64,000 bases of DNA from NCBI GenBank assembly GCA_963827655.1, contig CAWHCF010000029.1, positions 64,001 through 128,000 of the forward strand, in the 5' to 3' direction. A program made the position numbers and the translations under genes. Each line of letters opens with the position of its first letter. Position 1 is the stretch's first letter. Positions 30,176 through 40,248 of the stretch are shown piece by piece. The notes under the pieces were generated by a model, which saw nothing but the letters and a program-made list of their open reading frames with translations, searched no databases and was not told the DNA's origin. This stretch comes from an uncultured Acidobacteriota bacterium (GTDB taxonomy: Bacteria > Acidobacteriota > UBA6911).

Positions 30176-30594
30176 GCTTGATGATTTCCGATCAACTGCT
30201 CGAGAGTATTCGCGAGCACGGGAAAAGGGCCTACCCGAATGAATGCTGCGGTGTTCTGCTCGGGCGGATGGAGAATAGCCGCAAGTCAGTCGTCGAACTC
30301 AGGCCGATGGAAAACGCGCGCGAGGACTCGCCGCGCAACCGCTATCTCATTTCTCCTCGAGACCTGCTGGAGGCGGAGAAAGCCGCGCGCGCTCTCGGGC
30401 TGGACATTGTCGGGGTGTATCACTCTCATCCGGATCACCCGGCTCGCCCCTCCGAATTCGATCGGGAGCACGCGTTCCCGTGGTACTCGTACATCATCGT
30501 CAGCGTGCGCGGCGGTGAACCTCTCGATTTGACTTCCTGGACTCTAAGAGATGATCGGTCGGCTTTCGATGCCGAGGATTTGAATAGTTCATAA
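30172..30594 (+). CDS. JAB/JAMM (M67) metalloprotease, Mec+-like
   Basis: YPNECCG catalytic Glu; YHSHPDHPARPSEFD (HxH-x7-S-x2-D); ATGA overlap with cysM. Confidence 0.93.
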   Translation: MSLMISDQLLESIREHGKRAYPNECCGVLLGRMENSRKSVVELRPMENAREDSPRNRYLISPRDLLEAEKAARALGLDIVGVYHSHPDHPARPSEFDREHAFPWYSYIIVSVRGGEPLDLTSWTLRDDRSAFDAEDLNSS

Positions 30595-30611
30595 CAGGCA
30601 AGGAGCATCTT

Positions 30612-32048
30612 ATGACTGTCAAGGTTCACATACCCACGCCGTTGCGTCAGTACGCCGGACAGAGCGCGACCCTTAGCGTGGAGGGCAATACGGTCGGCGA
30701 GGCGCTGGGAAAGATCACCTCACAATTCCCCGATCTGAAAAAGCAGCTTTACGGCGACGGAGGAAAGCTGCGCAGCTTCGTCAACATTTATGTCAATGAT
30801 GAGGACGTGCGCTACCTTCAGAAGGATGAGACACCTCTGAAAGAGAATGACGAGTTGAGAATCATTCCCTCGATCGCGGGCGGCAGCGCGACGCTACACG
30901 AAGGGGTGAGTCTCGATCAAACCGAGGTCCTGCGTTACAGCCGGCACCTGATCATGCCCGAGGTCGGCATGGAGGGCCAATTAAAGCTTAAAGCCGGGAA
31001 GGTTCTCACGATCGGGGCCGGGGGACTGGGTTCCCCGCTGGCCCTTTATCTCGCCGCGGCCGGCGTGGGCCGGATTGGAATCGTTGACTTTGACGTGGTC
31101 GATTTGACCAACCTGCAGAGACAGGTTTTGCATTCTACCGCGACCGTGGGCAAGTCGAAGCTTGCCTCGGCGAAGGAACGCCTCCAGGCGCTGAACCCGG
31201 GGGTTCAGATCGATCTTCACGAGACCAGATTGACTTCCGAAAATGCGCTTGAAATTCTACGGGACTACGACATCGTGGTTGACGGCACCGACAATTTTCC
31301 TACCCGCTATCTCGTGAATGACGCCTGCGTGCTGTCGGGCAAGCCGAACGTCTACGGCAGTATCTTCCGGTTCGAGGGGCAGGCATCGGTCTTCGGTATG
31401 CCGGGAGGCCCGTGCTATCGGTGCCTCTACCCGGAGCCGCCACCGGCCGGACTGGTCCCGAGTTGCGCGGAAGGGGGCGTGCTTGGAATTCTTCCTGGCA
31501 TAATCGGAGTGATCCAGGCGACCGAAACAGTCAAGTTGCTGCTCGGAGCGGGAGAGCCGCTGGTCGGGCGCCTACTCCTCTTTGACGCGCTCCAGATGCG
31601 CTTCCGCGAGCTGAGACTGCGCAAAGACCCGCAGTGCCCGATCTGCGGCGAGCATCGGACGATCCATAAGCTCATCGACTACAACCAATTCTGCGGCATT
31701 TCTACCGAACCGCAGGAAAAGCTGCCCAGCGATTGGGAAATCGATCCAGTGCAGTTGAAGGCAATGCTGGACAAGGGCGAGCCGCTTTACCTGCTCGATG
31801 TGCGTGAGCCCCACGAATGGCAAATCTGCCAGATTCCTGACGCCCACTTGATCCCGCTGGGGCAGCTGGCCTCGCGGATGAATCAGCTCAACAGCGCGGA
31901 CAACATTGTCGCGTACTGCCGCAGCGGCGTGCGCAGCGGGAAGGCAGTCGACCTGTTGAGAAAATCCGGCTTTCAGAAGATCAAGAACTTGACCGGCGGG
32001 ATCCTCGCCTGGTCGGACAAGGTAGACCCGTCAGTGCCGAAGTATTAA
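30612..32048 (+). CDS. Fusion of MoaD/CysO-like ubiquitin-fold sulfur carrier, MoeB/E1 adenylyltransferase and rhodanese
   Basis: Residues 1-91 Ubl (IPTPLRQY...VNIYVNDEDVR...IIPSIAGG); RYSRH, GAGGLG, NLQRQ, DGTDNF, CYRC/CPIC; rhodanese CRSGVRS. Confidence 0.93.
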   Translation: MTVKVHIPTPLRQYAGQSATLSVEGNTVGEALGKITSQFPDLKKQLYGDGGKLRSFVNIYVNDEDVRYLQKDETPLKENDELRIIPSIAGGSATLHEGVSLDQTEVLRYSRHLIMPEVGMEGQLKLKAGKVLTIGAGGLGSPLALYLAAAGVGRIGIVDFDVVDLTNLQRQVLHSTATVGKSKLASAKERLQALNPGVQIDLHETRLTSENALEILRDYDIVVDGTDNFPTRYLVNDACVLSGKPNVYGSIFRFEGQASVFGMPGGPCYRCLYPEPPPAGLVPSCAEGGVLGILPGIIGVIQATETVKLLLGAGEPLVGRLLLFDALQMRFRELRLRKDPQCPICGEHRTIHKLIDYNQFCGISTEPQEKLPSDWEIDPVQLKAMLDKGEPLYLLDVREPHEWQICQIPDAHLIPLGQLASRMNQLNSADNIVAYCRSGVRSGKAVDLLRKSGFQKIKNLTGGILAWSDKVDPSVPKY

Positions 32049-32079
32049 CGCGATTCCGTGAGCGCGACAGCAAGCTGGA

Positions 32080-32336
32080 AAACTTGACGGAGCCGAACCT
32101 CGACGCAAGCGAACTCGATAGTGGCCGATCTCAGAAAGGCCAACCTCGAAGGAGCCGACGTGCGAGACACGTCCCTTTGCGAGGATGATCCTCGCAGTGA
32201 GCAGGGGTCGTTCCTGGCAGCCGGGCTTCTCTTCGGGCTCTCGCCCTATGACGGCGCGACGTTGCTGCTGGCGACGTGGCGACCCGCGCGAAACGCCGCT
32301 CGCGCCGACCTGGTATCCGCGTTGATAAACGAATGA
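32080..32336 (+). pseudogene. Degenerate remnants: pentapeptide-repeat fragment joined to an ABC permease (ADOP-like) C-terminal fragment
   Basis: ADLRKANLEGADVRDTSL, then GLLFGLSPYD...WRPARNAARADLVSALINE, resembling LLFGVSPxDP...PARRAARVDPxxALRxE. Confidence 0.6.
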
Positions 32337-32391
32337 GGGTATTGGTCGCGACGCATTTTGAGAATCGCTGTGGCAGTGAAGTCATGCTGTC

Positions 32392-33462
32392 TTAGATGCG
32401 GCCTCGGACGTCAGTGACGACATCCCTGACTGCGTTGACCACGGCATCCGGCGCCTCGAACTGAATCATGTGGCCGCTGTTTTCGACAATGATCTGTCGG
32501 CCGTGTGTGGAAAGGCGCGCAAGATCCGCCTGTAGCTGATGAACCCAGACCTCGTGGAACGCCGAACTCGCGCTGGGCTCGACAGGATCACTGGACGCCA
32601 CATATCGACCGGCGGTCAGCACGATGAGCGGACGATCACCGAGCTTACCGGACGCGCGCGCCGCATTGTCCACCTCAGGATTGCCCGTGCCAGTATCGGG
32701 CAGGTCCGCGCCGCCCCGGCTTCCGTGACATCCCTGGGCAAAGGCTGTGATGGCCGCCGTAGGCCGACTCTTCAGTAACCGGAATACCTGCTGTTGTCCC
32801 GGACTCATCTCGGATGGGGCGAACTGGCGCTGCCCGCTCGAGATCCATCGGACAAGGCCGAAGCGCACCATTGCAGGCCGCGCCCAACAGGCCAGTTGGC
32901 GTACCAGCCTCGGCAGACGGTTTGCCAGTCCCTTCATGTTCGGAGGCTCGCGCTGATCGGGATGGCTGGAATCCACTAGGACGAGCCCCGCGACTACAGC
33001 GGGGTATTTGGCAGTAAAAATGCGGACATATTCGCCACCGATCGACTGGCCCACGAGAATATATGGTGGCGGTACACCGGCGCGGTTCAATAGCTCATGC
33101 AGATCATTCGCAATGCTTGTGCTTGTTCGCGGCGTGGGCGGCGGATCGCTCCAGCCCACTCCCGCGCGGTCGTACCAACACGCGCGCGTAAATCTGGCAA
33201 CCTTGGGCTGAACGAGGACCCAGCCGTAGCCGGGATCATTGCCGCCGCTTTCAAAAATCACCGCCGGACTGCCTTCGCCCGAGCAATAGAGATTTAGCGT
33301 CCGGCCGCCAATGTCGACTGATCGGCCGAGCTGGGGCGGAAGTCTCTTGCGGTCGAGCGATCGCCCCGCCTGCTCGTAGGTGAAGCCACCGGCGGCGGCC
33401 ATGACTAGCACGGCAATGAGTGCTTTCAGCAGTCGTTTGATCCCCCGAGTGGTATTAGGCAT
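32392..33462 (-). CDS. Alpha/beta hydrolase with N-terminal membrane anchor
   Basis: CSGEGSPAVIFESG, YDRAGVGWSD, GQSIGG, SGHMIQ. Confidence 0.9.
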   Translation of the reverse strand: MPNTTRGIKRLLKALIAVLVMAAAGGFTYEQAGRSLDRKRLPPQLGRSVDIGGRTLNLYCSGEGSPAVIFESGGNDPGYGWVLVQPKVARFTRACWYDRAGVGWSDPPPTPRTSTSIANDLHELLNRAGVPPPYILVGQSIGGEYVRIFTAKYPAVVAGLVLVDSSHPDQREPPNMKGLANRLPRLVRQLACWARPAMVRFGLVRWISSGQRQFAPSEMSPGQQQVFRLLKSRPTAAITAFAQGCHGSRGGADLPDTGTGNPEVDNAARASGKLGDRPLIVLTAGRYVASSDPVEPSASSAFHEVWVHQLQADLARLSTHGRQIIVENSGHMIQFEAPDAVVNAVRDVVTDVRGRI

Positions 33463-33777
33463 GAGTCCTCTGGTCAGTCAAGACTCAGATAATAGAAGCC
33501 GCCGTGCATTGCGTGGCCATCGCGACCTCAAGCGGATGGAAAAGCGGCCAAAGCACCATGGAATCGCACGCCTGAGGATGGCGGTAGTTGCCCTGATGCG
33601 GATCGGGACGCCAACATTGAGCCGGATGTGCCCGCGTGTTCTTCGACGCCGGATCCCGCGATTTGTTCCAAGGGCAAGGGCTTGCACGACTCGTTTGACC
33701 GCTCGTACACATGTCTGGCGTTAATGCCTGAGAACAAAAGCCCAACGCACGATTCGACTCAACCAGGGTAATTCAAG

Positions 33778-33807
33778 CTTGACAATAACCGACTCATATC
33801 TTATATA
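33778..33807 (+). promoter_or_regulatory. dnaK promoter with overlapping HAIR-like (HspR) operator
   Basis: CTTGACA-ATAACCG-ACTCATA versus HAIR CTTGAGT-N7-ACTCAAG; contains a perfect -35 TTGACA; hspR is in the same operon. Confidence 0.6.
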
Positions 33808-33838
33808 CACTCGACACTAAACGTGAGGAGGAACACAA

Positions 33839-35764
33839 ATGAGCAAGATCATTGGGATCGACTTGGGCACGACAAACTCGGTAGTTGCGGTCATGGAGGG
33901 TGGTGAGCCCAAAGTCATCACCAATCCTGAAGGAAGCCGGCTTACGCCGTCGGTGGTTGCCGTGGGCAAGAATGGAGAGCGCTTTGTCGGCCAGGTGGCC
34001 AAGCGTCAGGCTGTCACCAACCCGGAGAACACGGTCTTTTCGATCAAGCGCTTCATGGGACGCAAGCTGAACGAGGTTCAGGACGAGGTGAAGCTAGTAC
34101 CGTACAAAGTGGTTGCCGGGCCGAACGGCGACGCCCATGTCCGAATGGCTGACAAGTCCTACACTCCTCCCGAAGTTTCCGCCATGATTCTTCAGAAGAT
34201 GCGGTCCGCCGCCGAGGAGTATCTCGGTGAAAAGGTGGAGAAGGCCGTGATCACGGTTCCCGCCTACTTCAATGACAGCCAGAGGCAAGCGACCAAAGAT
34301 GCGGGGAAGATCGCGGGGATCGATGTGGTGCGCATCGTTAACGAGCCCACCGCCGCCGCATTGGCGTACGGACTTGACAAAAAGAAGGACCAGACGATTG
34401 CGGTTTACGACTTTGGCGGCGGGACCTTCGATATTTCGATTCTCGAGGTAGGGGAAGGTGTGGTCGAGGTCAAGTCCACAAACGGCGATACTCACCTTGG
34501 CGGCGACAACCTGGACCAGCGTTTGATGGATTGGATTATCACTGAGTTCAAGAAGGACCAGGGAATCGATCTTTCCAAGGACAAGATGGCTCTGCAGCGA
34601 CTGCGCGAGGCCGCGGAGAAGGCAAAGATGGAACTCTCCACCGTGATGGAGAGCGAGATTAATCTTCCCTTCATTACTGCCGATGCGAGCGGACCCAAGC
34701 ACCTCAACATGAAACTCACACGGGCCCGGTTCGAGCAGATGGTGGAAGACATCCTTCAGAAGACGATAGCTCCCTGTAAGCAAGCGCTCTCTGACGCCGG
34801 AATCAAGACGGGCGACGTCCATGAAGTGGTGCTCGTGGGTGGCTCCACGCGAATACCGCGGGTTCAGCAGATCGTGAAAGATCTGTTCGGCCGGGAACCC
34901 CACAAGGGAGTAAATCCCGACGAAGTTGTGGCGGTTGGAGCTGCGGTGCAGGCAGGCGTCTTGTCGGGAGACGTGAAGGATCTTCTGCTCCTCGATGTGA
35001 CTCCGCTCTCCCTGGGGATTGAAACCCTGGGCGGCGTCTTTACCAAGCTGATCGAACGGAATACAACCATTCCGACGCGTAAGGCTGAGGTTTTCTCCAC
35101 CGCGGCAGACAGCCAGACGTCGGTCGAGATTCATGTCCTTCAAGGAGAGAGGGCGATGGCCAAGGATAACCGCACGCTGGGAAAGTTCCACCTGGTGGGA
35201 ATTCCTCCTGCTCCGAGAGGCGTGCCTCAGATCGAGGTCACGTTCGACATCGACGCGAATGGAATCGTCAACGTTTCGGCCAAGGATCTCGGGACAAACA
35301 AAGAGCAGAAAATAACCATTACCGCGTCGAGCGGACTGTCGAAGGACGAGATCGATCGCATGACGAAAGACGCCCAGTCCCACGCCGATGAAGACAAGGA
35401 TTATCGTGAAAAGGTTGAAGCAAAGAACAAACTCGACAACCTGATTTACAACACTGAGAAGATGGTCGGTGAAAACAGGGACAAGATTCCCGAGTCCGAT
35501 GCGAGCAACCTGGACGCCGCAATTTCCAAGGCGAAGACGACACTCGAAGGCTCCCCGGAGTCAGCGGAGTTGAAGTCGGCTTTTGATGAGCTGACCCGGG
35601 CCTCGCACCGGCTGGCGGAAATCCTGTACCAGAAGACAACCGCCCAGGCGTCGCCTGGCGGCGGTCCCGGTCCGGCGGAAGGGGAACCTCAGGCCGGGAA
35701 GTCGAAGCCGGAAGATGAGGTCATCGACGCAGAGTATGTGGACGTAGACGAAAACAAGCGATAG
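33839..35764 (+). CDS. dnaK: Chaperone DnaK (Hsp70)
   Basis: [34 protein letters not shown]. Confidence 0.99.
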   Translation: MSKIIGIDLGTTNSVVAVMEGGEPKVITNPEGSRLTPSVVAVGKNGERFVGQVAKRQAVTNPENTVFSIKRFMGRKLNEVQDEVKLVPYKVVAGPNGDAHVRMADKSYTPPEVSAMILQKMRSAAEEYLGEKVEKAVITVPAYFNDSQRQATKDAGKIAGIDVVRIVNEPTAAALAYGLDKKKDQTIAVYDFGGGTFDISILEVGEGVVEVKSTNGDTHLGGDNLDQRLMDWIITEFKKDQGIDLSKDKMALQRLREAAEKAKMELSTVMESEINLPFITADASGPKHLNMKLTRARFEQMVEDILQKTIAPCKQALSDAGIKTGDVHEVVLVGGSTRIPRVQQIVKDLFGREPHKGVNPDEVVAVGAAVQAGVLSGDVKDLLLLDVTPLSLGIETLGGVFTKLIERNTTIPTRKAEVFSTAADSQTSVEIHVLQGERAMAKDNRTLGKFHLVGIPPAPRGVPQIEVTFDIDANGIVNVSAKDLGTNKEQKITITASSGLSKDEIDRMTKDAQSHADEDKDYREKVEAKNKLDNLIYNTEKMVGENRDKIPESDASNLDAAISKAKTTLEGSPESAELKSAFDELTRASHRLAEILYQKTTAQASPGGGPGPAEGEPQAGKSKPEDEVIDAEYVDVDENKR

Positions 35765-35793
35765 TTCTCCGGGTCCACCTCCGAGGATGGTCT

Positions 35794-36222
35794 GTGACAA
35801 GGAAATCCAACGAGAATCTGTCTGCCTTGATAGTGTTTCAGCGAACCCACATCCGCGCTCCGAACGAGGTGGACAGCCTGGGCGGTAGTGATGCGCTATC
35901 CTGGAGCCCTCCAATCGATATCTACGAGACCGATGACAGTTTCGTCGTTACGGTTGAAATTCCAGGCGTCGAAGGCAACGATGTGCGAGTCGAGGTAAGC
36001 GGCTCTGAGTTGTCGATCAGCGGGAACAGGGGTTTCGACGCCGTTTGTTCGAAGGAAAGCTACCATCGTCTTGAAGGGGTGAGAGGCCGGTTCCGACGCA
36101 GCTTCTCACTGCCGGAACCCTTGGACAGCGCGCGAGTGACCGCAAACCTCAAGGATGGTGTCCTCCGCGTCGTGCTGCCAAAGACATCGCGAAGACTGGT
36201 TGTGGGCTCAAGCGAGCCCTGA
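35794..36222 (+). CDS. Hsp20/alpha-crystallin small heat-shock protein
   Basis: PPIDIYETDD, EIPGV, GRFRRSFSLP, ANLKDGVLRVVLPK. Confidence 0.92.
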   Translation: MTRKSNENLSALIVFQRTHIRAPNEVDSLGGSDALSWSPPIDIYETDDSFVVTVEIPGVEGNDVRVEVSGSELSISGNRGFDAVCSKESYHRLEGVRGRFRRSFSLPEPLDSARVTANLKDGVLRVVLPKTSRRLVVGSSEP

Positions 36223-36234
36223 TCGGATAGCCTT

Positions 36235-37365
36235 ATGGTCAAGGAAGACTATTACGCCACCCTTGGGGTAGCAAAAGAGGCAAAAGGACCTGAGATAAAG
36301 AAGGCCTATCGACGTCTGGCGAGGAAGAACCATCCCGACGTGAATCCCGGCGACAAGGCTGCTGAGGAAAGGTTCAAGAAGGTCCAAGAGGCTTACGACG
36401 TCCTGAGTGATTCCAGGAAGAGGTCGATATACGACCAGTACGGATTCTACTCGGAGAACTTCAAGGAAGCGGCTGAAGCGGGCAGCCGCGGGGCAGAGGC
36501 AAAAGGGGGATTTGATTTTTCCGGTTTCGATTTTAGCGGCGCCGGCCAGAGTAGCAGTTTTCGAGACATCTTTTCCGAATTCTTTGGGTCGGGGGCTCGT
36601 GAGCGGCAGCCGGCGGATTCGGAGAAAGGTGAAGATCTCGAGCACCACTTGAATATCTCGTTCGGCGAGAGTGTCCGTGGCCTGTCCTCGCGGCTTTCGG
36701 TGAACCGGAGCGAAACCTGCGCTCCCTGCGAAGGGACCGGTTTGGACCGCTCGAAGCGGCAACAGCCCTGCCCAAGTTGCAATGGCACGGGCAAGGAAGC
36801 GAAATCACACGGAGTGATGCGTTTCTCCACCACGTGTCGTCGATGTAGCGGGTCGGGGCAACTAGGGCAGCGATGTTCGGCTTGCAGTGGTTCCGGAAGG
36901 GTCCCGCATCAGGAAACGATCACGGTGCGAATTCCTCCGGGCGCCAATACGGGTTATCGGATGCGCGTGCCCCGGAAGGGGCTGGCCGGCAGGTTAGGAT
37001 CACCTCCGGGAGACTTATACCTGATTATTACAGTTGGCCCTCACTCGTTCTTCCGTCGTGAAGGTAACGACATTGTATGCGCCGTTCCCGTTACGGTTAC
37101 CGAGGCGGCATTGGGAACCAAGATTGAGGTGCCAACGATTGACGGGAAGACCCTCTTGCGCATACCGCCCGGAACACAGAGCAGCCAGAAATTCCGCTTA
37201 AGGGGGAAGGGCGCGCCTTCCTTGCGGGGCGGAGGCCGTGGGGATCAGATCGTGGAAGTTCGTGTCGTGGTGCCCAGGGTGGCGGACGAGCGGTCCAAGG
37301 AAATCTTGAAGGAACTGGCCCGGCTCAATCCCGAAGATCCACGGGCTAGCCTGGTTGTGCATTGA
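36235..37365 (+). CDS. dnaJ: Chaperone DnaJ (class A)
   Basis: J domain with HPD, G/F region, four CxxCxGxG motifs. Confidence 0.97.
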   Translation: MVKEDYYATLGVAKEAKGPEIKKAYRRLARKNHPDVNPGDKAAEERFKKVQEAYDVLSDSRKRSIYDQYGFYSENFKEAAEAGSRGAEAKGGFDFSGFDFSGAGQSSSFRDIFSEFFGSGARERQPADSEKGEDLEHHLNISFGESVRGLSSRLSVNRSETCAPCEGTGLDRSKRQQPCPSCNGTGKEAKSHGVMRFSTTCRRCSGSGQLGQRCSACSGSGRVPHQETITVRIPPGANTGYRMRVPRKGLAGRLGSPPGDLYLIITVGPHSFFRREGNDIVCAVPVTVTEAALGTKIEVPTIDGKTLLRIPPGTQSSQKFRLRGKGAPSLRGGGRGDQIVEVRVVVPRVADERSKEILKELARLNPEDPRASLVVH

Positions 37366-37451
37366 GTGCGCGTCCCGCCGATAGTGCTGGTTCGGGTTCT
37401 TCAGCCTTGACGGCAGAAAGGCTCGAACGGCTAGCTCAAGTAAGGTGACCC

Positions 37452-37835
37452 GTGAGTGCGCGTAAAAAGGGCGGCTACATGATCAGTTCGGTAGCCGATA
37501 CTTATCAGATTCATCCTCAAACACTGCGCCTATACGAGCGCCTGGGCCTGCTCAAGCCGTCGAGGAGCGATGGCAACACGCGCTTCTACACCGACACCGA
37601 TCTCGATCGCCTCGAAGTCATCTTGAATCTGACTCGCGACCTGGGTGTAAATCTCGCCGGCGTCGAAGTCATCCTGAACATGCGAGAAAAGATGAGCAAG
37701 CTTCAGGCCGAGGTCGAGGAACTGTTCAAGTACATTCGCGAACATGTCTCTGCCGGCGTCGAGCCGCCGGGAACTTTGAAAAACGCCCTGGTTCGCGTAC
37801 CGGCGTCCAAGATCATCCGCAGCCGAGTCAAATGA
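37452..37835 (+). CDS. hspR: MerR-family heat-shock repressor HspR
   Basis: YMISSVA, IHPQTLRLYERLGLLKPSRSDGNTRFY, LGVNLAGV. Confidence 0.9.
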   Translation: MSARKKGGYMISSVADTYQIHPQTLRLYERLGLLKPSRSDGNTRFYTDTDLDRLEVILNLTRDLGVNLAGVEVILNMREKMSKLQAEVEELFKYIREHVSAGVEPPGTLKNALVRVPASKIIRSRVK

Positions 37836-37890
37836 AGCCCGGGCCCCGAGGCTTATGGGCAGGAATAAGTTTTACTCTCACAAGCAAGGG

Positions 37891-38136
37891 CTATTTCAGG
37901 CGGGAGAGATACCTCTCCAGCTGCGATGAGGTGATTCTGTGCTTGAAAGCCTTTCGCCCGTTAATGAATACGACCGGGATTTCCTCTCCGTAGTTTGATT
38001 CCGTTTCGGCGCTGTCCTCGACATTCCTCTCGCACAGCTGGAAATCGAATTGTGCCGAAGCCGCCAGAATTACCTGCTTGGCGTCCTCGCACAGATGGCA
38101 CCCGGGCCGGGTATAAATCTCAATGATAGTCTTCAT
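37891..38136 (-). CDS. Glutaredoxin-like protein (DUF836 type)
   Basis: YTRPGCHLCEDA, EIPVVFING. Confidence 0.9.
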   Translation of the reverse strand: MKTIIEIYTRPGCHLCEDAKQVILAASAQFDFQLCERNVEDSAETESNYGEEIPVVFINGRKAFKHRITSSQLERYLSRLK

Positions 38137-38642
38137 CGAAGCTGGCTGCGAATGAGCCGGTATAATTTGCGGAGTACGTAGAGCTGCAGCTCTCGACTTT
38201 CAGGGAAAAGGGCTTTGGTGCCGGATACCAGACGCTCGGCGGCGGATTCGAGTTCCGGGATGAGGCGCGCCGTGACGGTAGGATCGTACGGGAGTTTAAT
38301 CGAGTGACATCCAATTTCCGTGAAGAGCTTAAGGTACCGCGCTGTGACCATATCCGGGCAGTGAATCCGCTTGAAGGACGATTTCACTTCGAATCCAAGA
38401 AGGGTGTTACTGATCCGGGCTGAACTCTTCCGGCCCAGGAGATGAATTGTCCTGGTTTTGATCGAAAGCACTTCCTGACGATATATCTGTACGAACGGCC
38501 GGCAGTCCGGCGCCGACTGAAGGGTCTTTAATATTTCGGCGTGCTTCAGCTTGTGATTCTTGAAGCCGATTTCGCCGCCAGAGATTTGAGGGGTAGCGGA
38601 TGGTAAGAGCGGAATTTGTGGAGTCGCTTCACGTCTGGGCAT
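38133..38642 (-). CDS. Hypothetical protein
   Basis: Stop overlaps the glutaredoxin ATG; protein-like composition; start uncertain. Confidence 0.7.
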   Translation of the reverse strand: MPRREATPQIPLLPSATPQISGGEIGFKNHKLKHAEILKTLQSAPDCRPFVQIYRQEVLSIKTRTIHLLGRKSSARISNTLLGFEVKSSFKRIHCPDMVTARYLKLFTEIGCHSIKLPYDPTVTARLIPELESAAERLVSGTKALFPESRELQLYVLRKLYRLIRSQLR

Positions 38643-38843
38643 CGAGGGTCTAACTCGACCGGTCGGTGTTGCGCGGAGTCAGCGCGCGCAAAGCGCTGCG
38701 CCAGACGAGTTCGGGAGGCAGCGATCGCAGGCGGCCGTCATGAGCATGCAGGCGAAAGAGCCGCGCCAGATTTCCGGAGCTTCGTTGATTCTTCGCAAGT
38801 CGCCAGGTCGTTACCGTCTGGATCATTGGCTTTGACTTCCACT

Positions 38844-39674
38844 TCAAGGCTCGTCGGCGGCCAGGAGCTCGCTTACATTCTCCGTGTTGATCATCATCTT
38901 TACCACCTCCCCGGCATTACCTGGAGGCTTTGCGCGCTTGCCATTGATCTTGAGCCGCACTCCGCCTGCATTCCCTAGAATCACGTAGAACCTTTCGGCG
39001 GCGTCAAAGGACAAATCCTCGCCGGGCTCAAGCAGCTTTACCAGCACGCGATCGCCGTCACGGCTCACAGAGACCCAGCATTTTTGCACGACTTCAAACT
39101 CGAGTCGCAGGGTGCCGGCTGGAGGCTCCTTCGGCTCCGTGATCGGAAGCGCGGCTGGTATGGATGTCGCAGGTGCCTGGTCCGGCTGCGCGACGGGATG
39201 ATTCTCGACTGGCTTGACAGCCGGTTGAGATGGTGGAAGCTTCGGAACCGGTTTGGCAAGCACCATCTCTTGAGAGCGGGAAAAATACGGGGCGAAGACG
39301 TCCGCGATCCACTTGCGACTATATAGAAGGCTTGCGATGGAAATCAGGAGCATGGCGCTCCAGATAACCACCGGACTCAGCGAGCTTCTTTGCGGCAAGG
39401 GCCGACGGTTCCGCGGCTTCAACACTGGTTTCTCGGGCGGCGGCGGCGTTTCGGCTTCGTATCTTGCCAGGAATCGGGTGGCATCCAGTCCCAGGACCTC
39501 ACAATAGGCGCGCAGGAAGGCGCGATTGTACATGCCGCCGGGAAGCTGGCTATAGCGGCCCTCTTCCAGATGCTCAAGCTGTCTTAAAGTTATGTGGGTG
39601 TGGTCGGCAATCTGCTGCAGCGTGATTTTCTTTTGCTCTCGGGCTATCCTAAGATCCACGTTCAAGGGGTTCAT
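38844..39674 (-). CDS. rodZ: RodZ-like cytoskeleton protein
   Basis: N-terminal HTH (LEHLEEGRYSQLPGGMYNRAFLRAY), one TM helix, Pro-rich linker, CWVSVSRDG...LGNAGGV domain. Confidence 0.88.
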   Translation of the reverse strand: MNPLNVDLRIAREQKKITLQQIADHTHITLRQLEHLEEGRYSQLPGGMYNRAFLRAYCEVLGLDATRFLARYEAETPPPPEKPVLKPRNRRPLPQRSSLSPVVIWSAMLLISIASLLYSRKWIADVFAPYFSRSQEMVLAKPVPKLPPSQPAVKPVENHPVAQPDQAPATSIPAALPITEPKEPPAGTLRLEFEVVQKCWVSVSRDGDRVLVKLLEPGEDLSFDAAERFYVILGNAGGVRLKINGKRAKPPGNAGEVVKMMINTENVSELLAADEP

Positions 39675-39760
39675 ACACAGCCCCGGAAAAATGTCCCGCG
39701 CGATTGTTCAATCGACGTTCGGCGGCCGCTTCAGTGGCCTCGGGGGTTAGCGGGACAAAA

Positions 39761-39790
39761 ATTGTACTCGCCCGTGTCTCTCGGTGTCAA
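39761..39790 (-). promoter_or_regulatory. sigma70 promoter for rodZ
   Basis: TTGACA-18 bp-TACAAT on the minus strand. Confidence 0.65.
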
Positions 39791-39858
39791 TTCATTCGAC
39801 GGATTGCTGTAAGCCTTGAAAATAGTTGAATTGCGAGCACTTAGATCGGTAAATCGGC

Positions 39859-39887
39859 TTGACGCTTTGAATCCCTTGTGCTACTTT
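39859..39887 (+). promoter_or_regulatory. sigma70 promoter for the BMC pair
   Basis: TTGACG-17 bp-TACTTT with extended TG. Confidence 0.6.
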
Positions 39888-39924
39888 CTGCGGCGATCCA
39901 AGCAAAGCAAGCCGGGAGGGATGA

Positions 39925-40218
39925 ATGGCCTACGAAGCTCTTGGAATGATCGAGACCAAAGGATTCGTCGCATCTGTAGAAGCCGCCGACGCCATGGTCA
40001 AGGCAGCCAACGTGGTTCTAATCGGGAAGGAGTACATCGGAGCCGGATACGTTACGGTCCTGGTCCGAGGAGACGTGGGCGCAGTAAAAGCCGCGACGGA
40101 CGCCGGCGCTGCCGCAGCGCGCCGCGTCGGAGAGTTGATTAGTGTGCACGTCATTCCCCGCCCCCATAGCGAAATGGAGAAGATCCTGCCCCAGCTGGAA
40201 GAAGCGAAGAAAAAATAG
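39925..40218 (+). CDS. Bacterial microcompartment hexameric shell protein (BMC-H, EutM/PduA-like)
   Basis: [39 protein letters not shown]. Confidence 0.97.
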   Translation: MAYEALGMIETKGFVASVEAADAMVKAANVVLIGKEYIGAGYVTVLVRGDVGAVKAATDAGAAAARRVGELISVHVIPRPHSEMEKILPQLEEAKKK

Positions 40219-40248
40219 CATCCGAGCCGCGGTCGCGCGGCCCCGAAG

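Noticed and set aside
33669-33686. sigma54 site upstream of dnaK (aGGgcaagggcttGCa)
   Set aside because: GG-N10-GC spacing fits but the -24 element is a poor match
34094-35383. Long antisense ORFs (429 aa opposite dnaK; similar ones opposite leuC, valS and the acylase)
   Set aside because: Expected shadow frames of GC-rich, codon-biased genes; no independent motifs
38650-38847. 65-aa ORF between rodZ and the hypothetical gene
   Set aside because: No SD or motif; cannot be distinguished from chance
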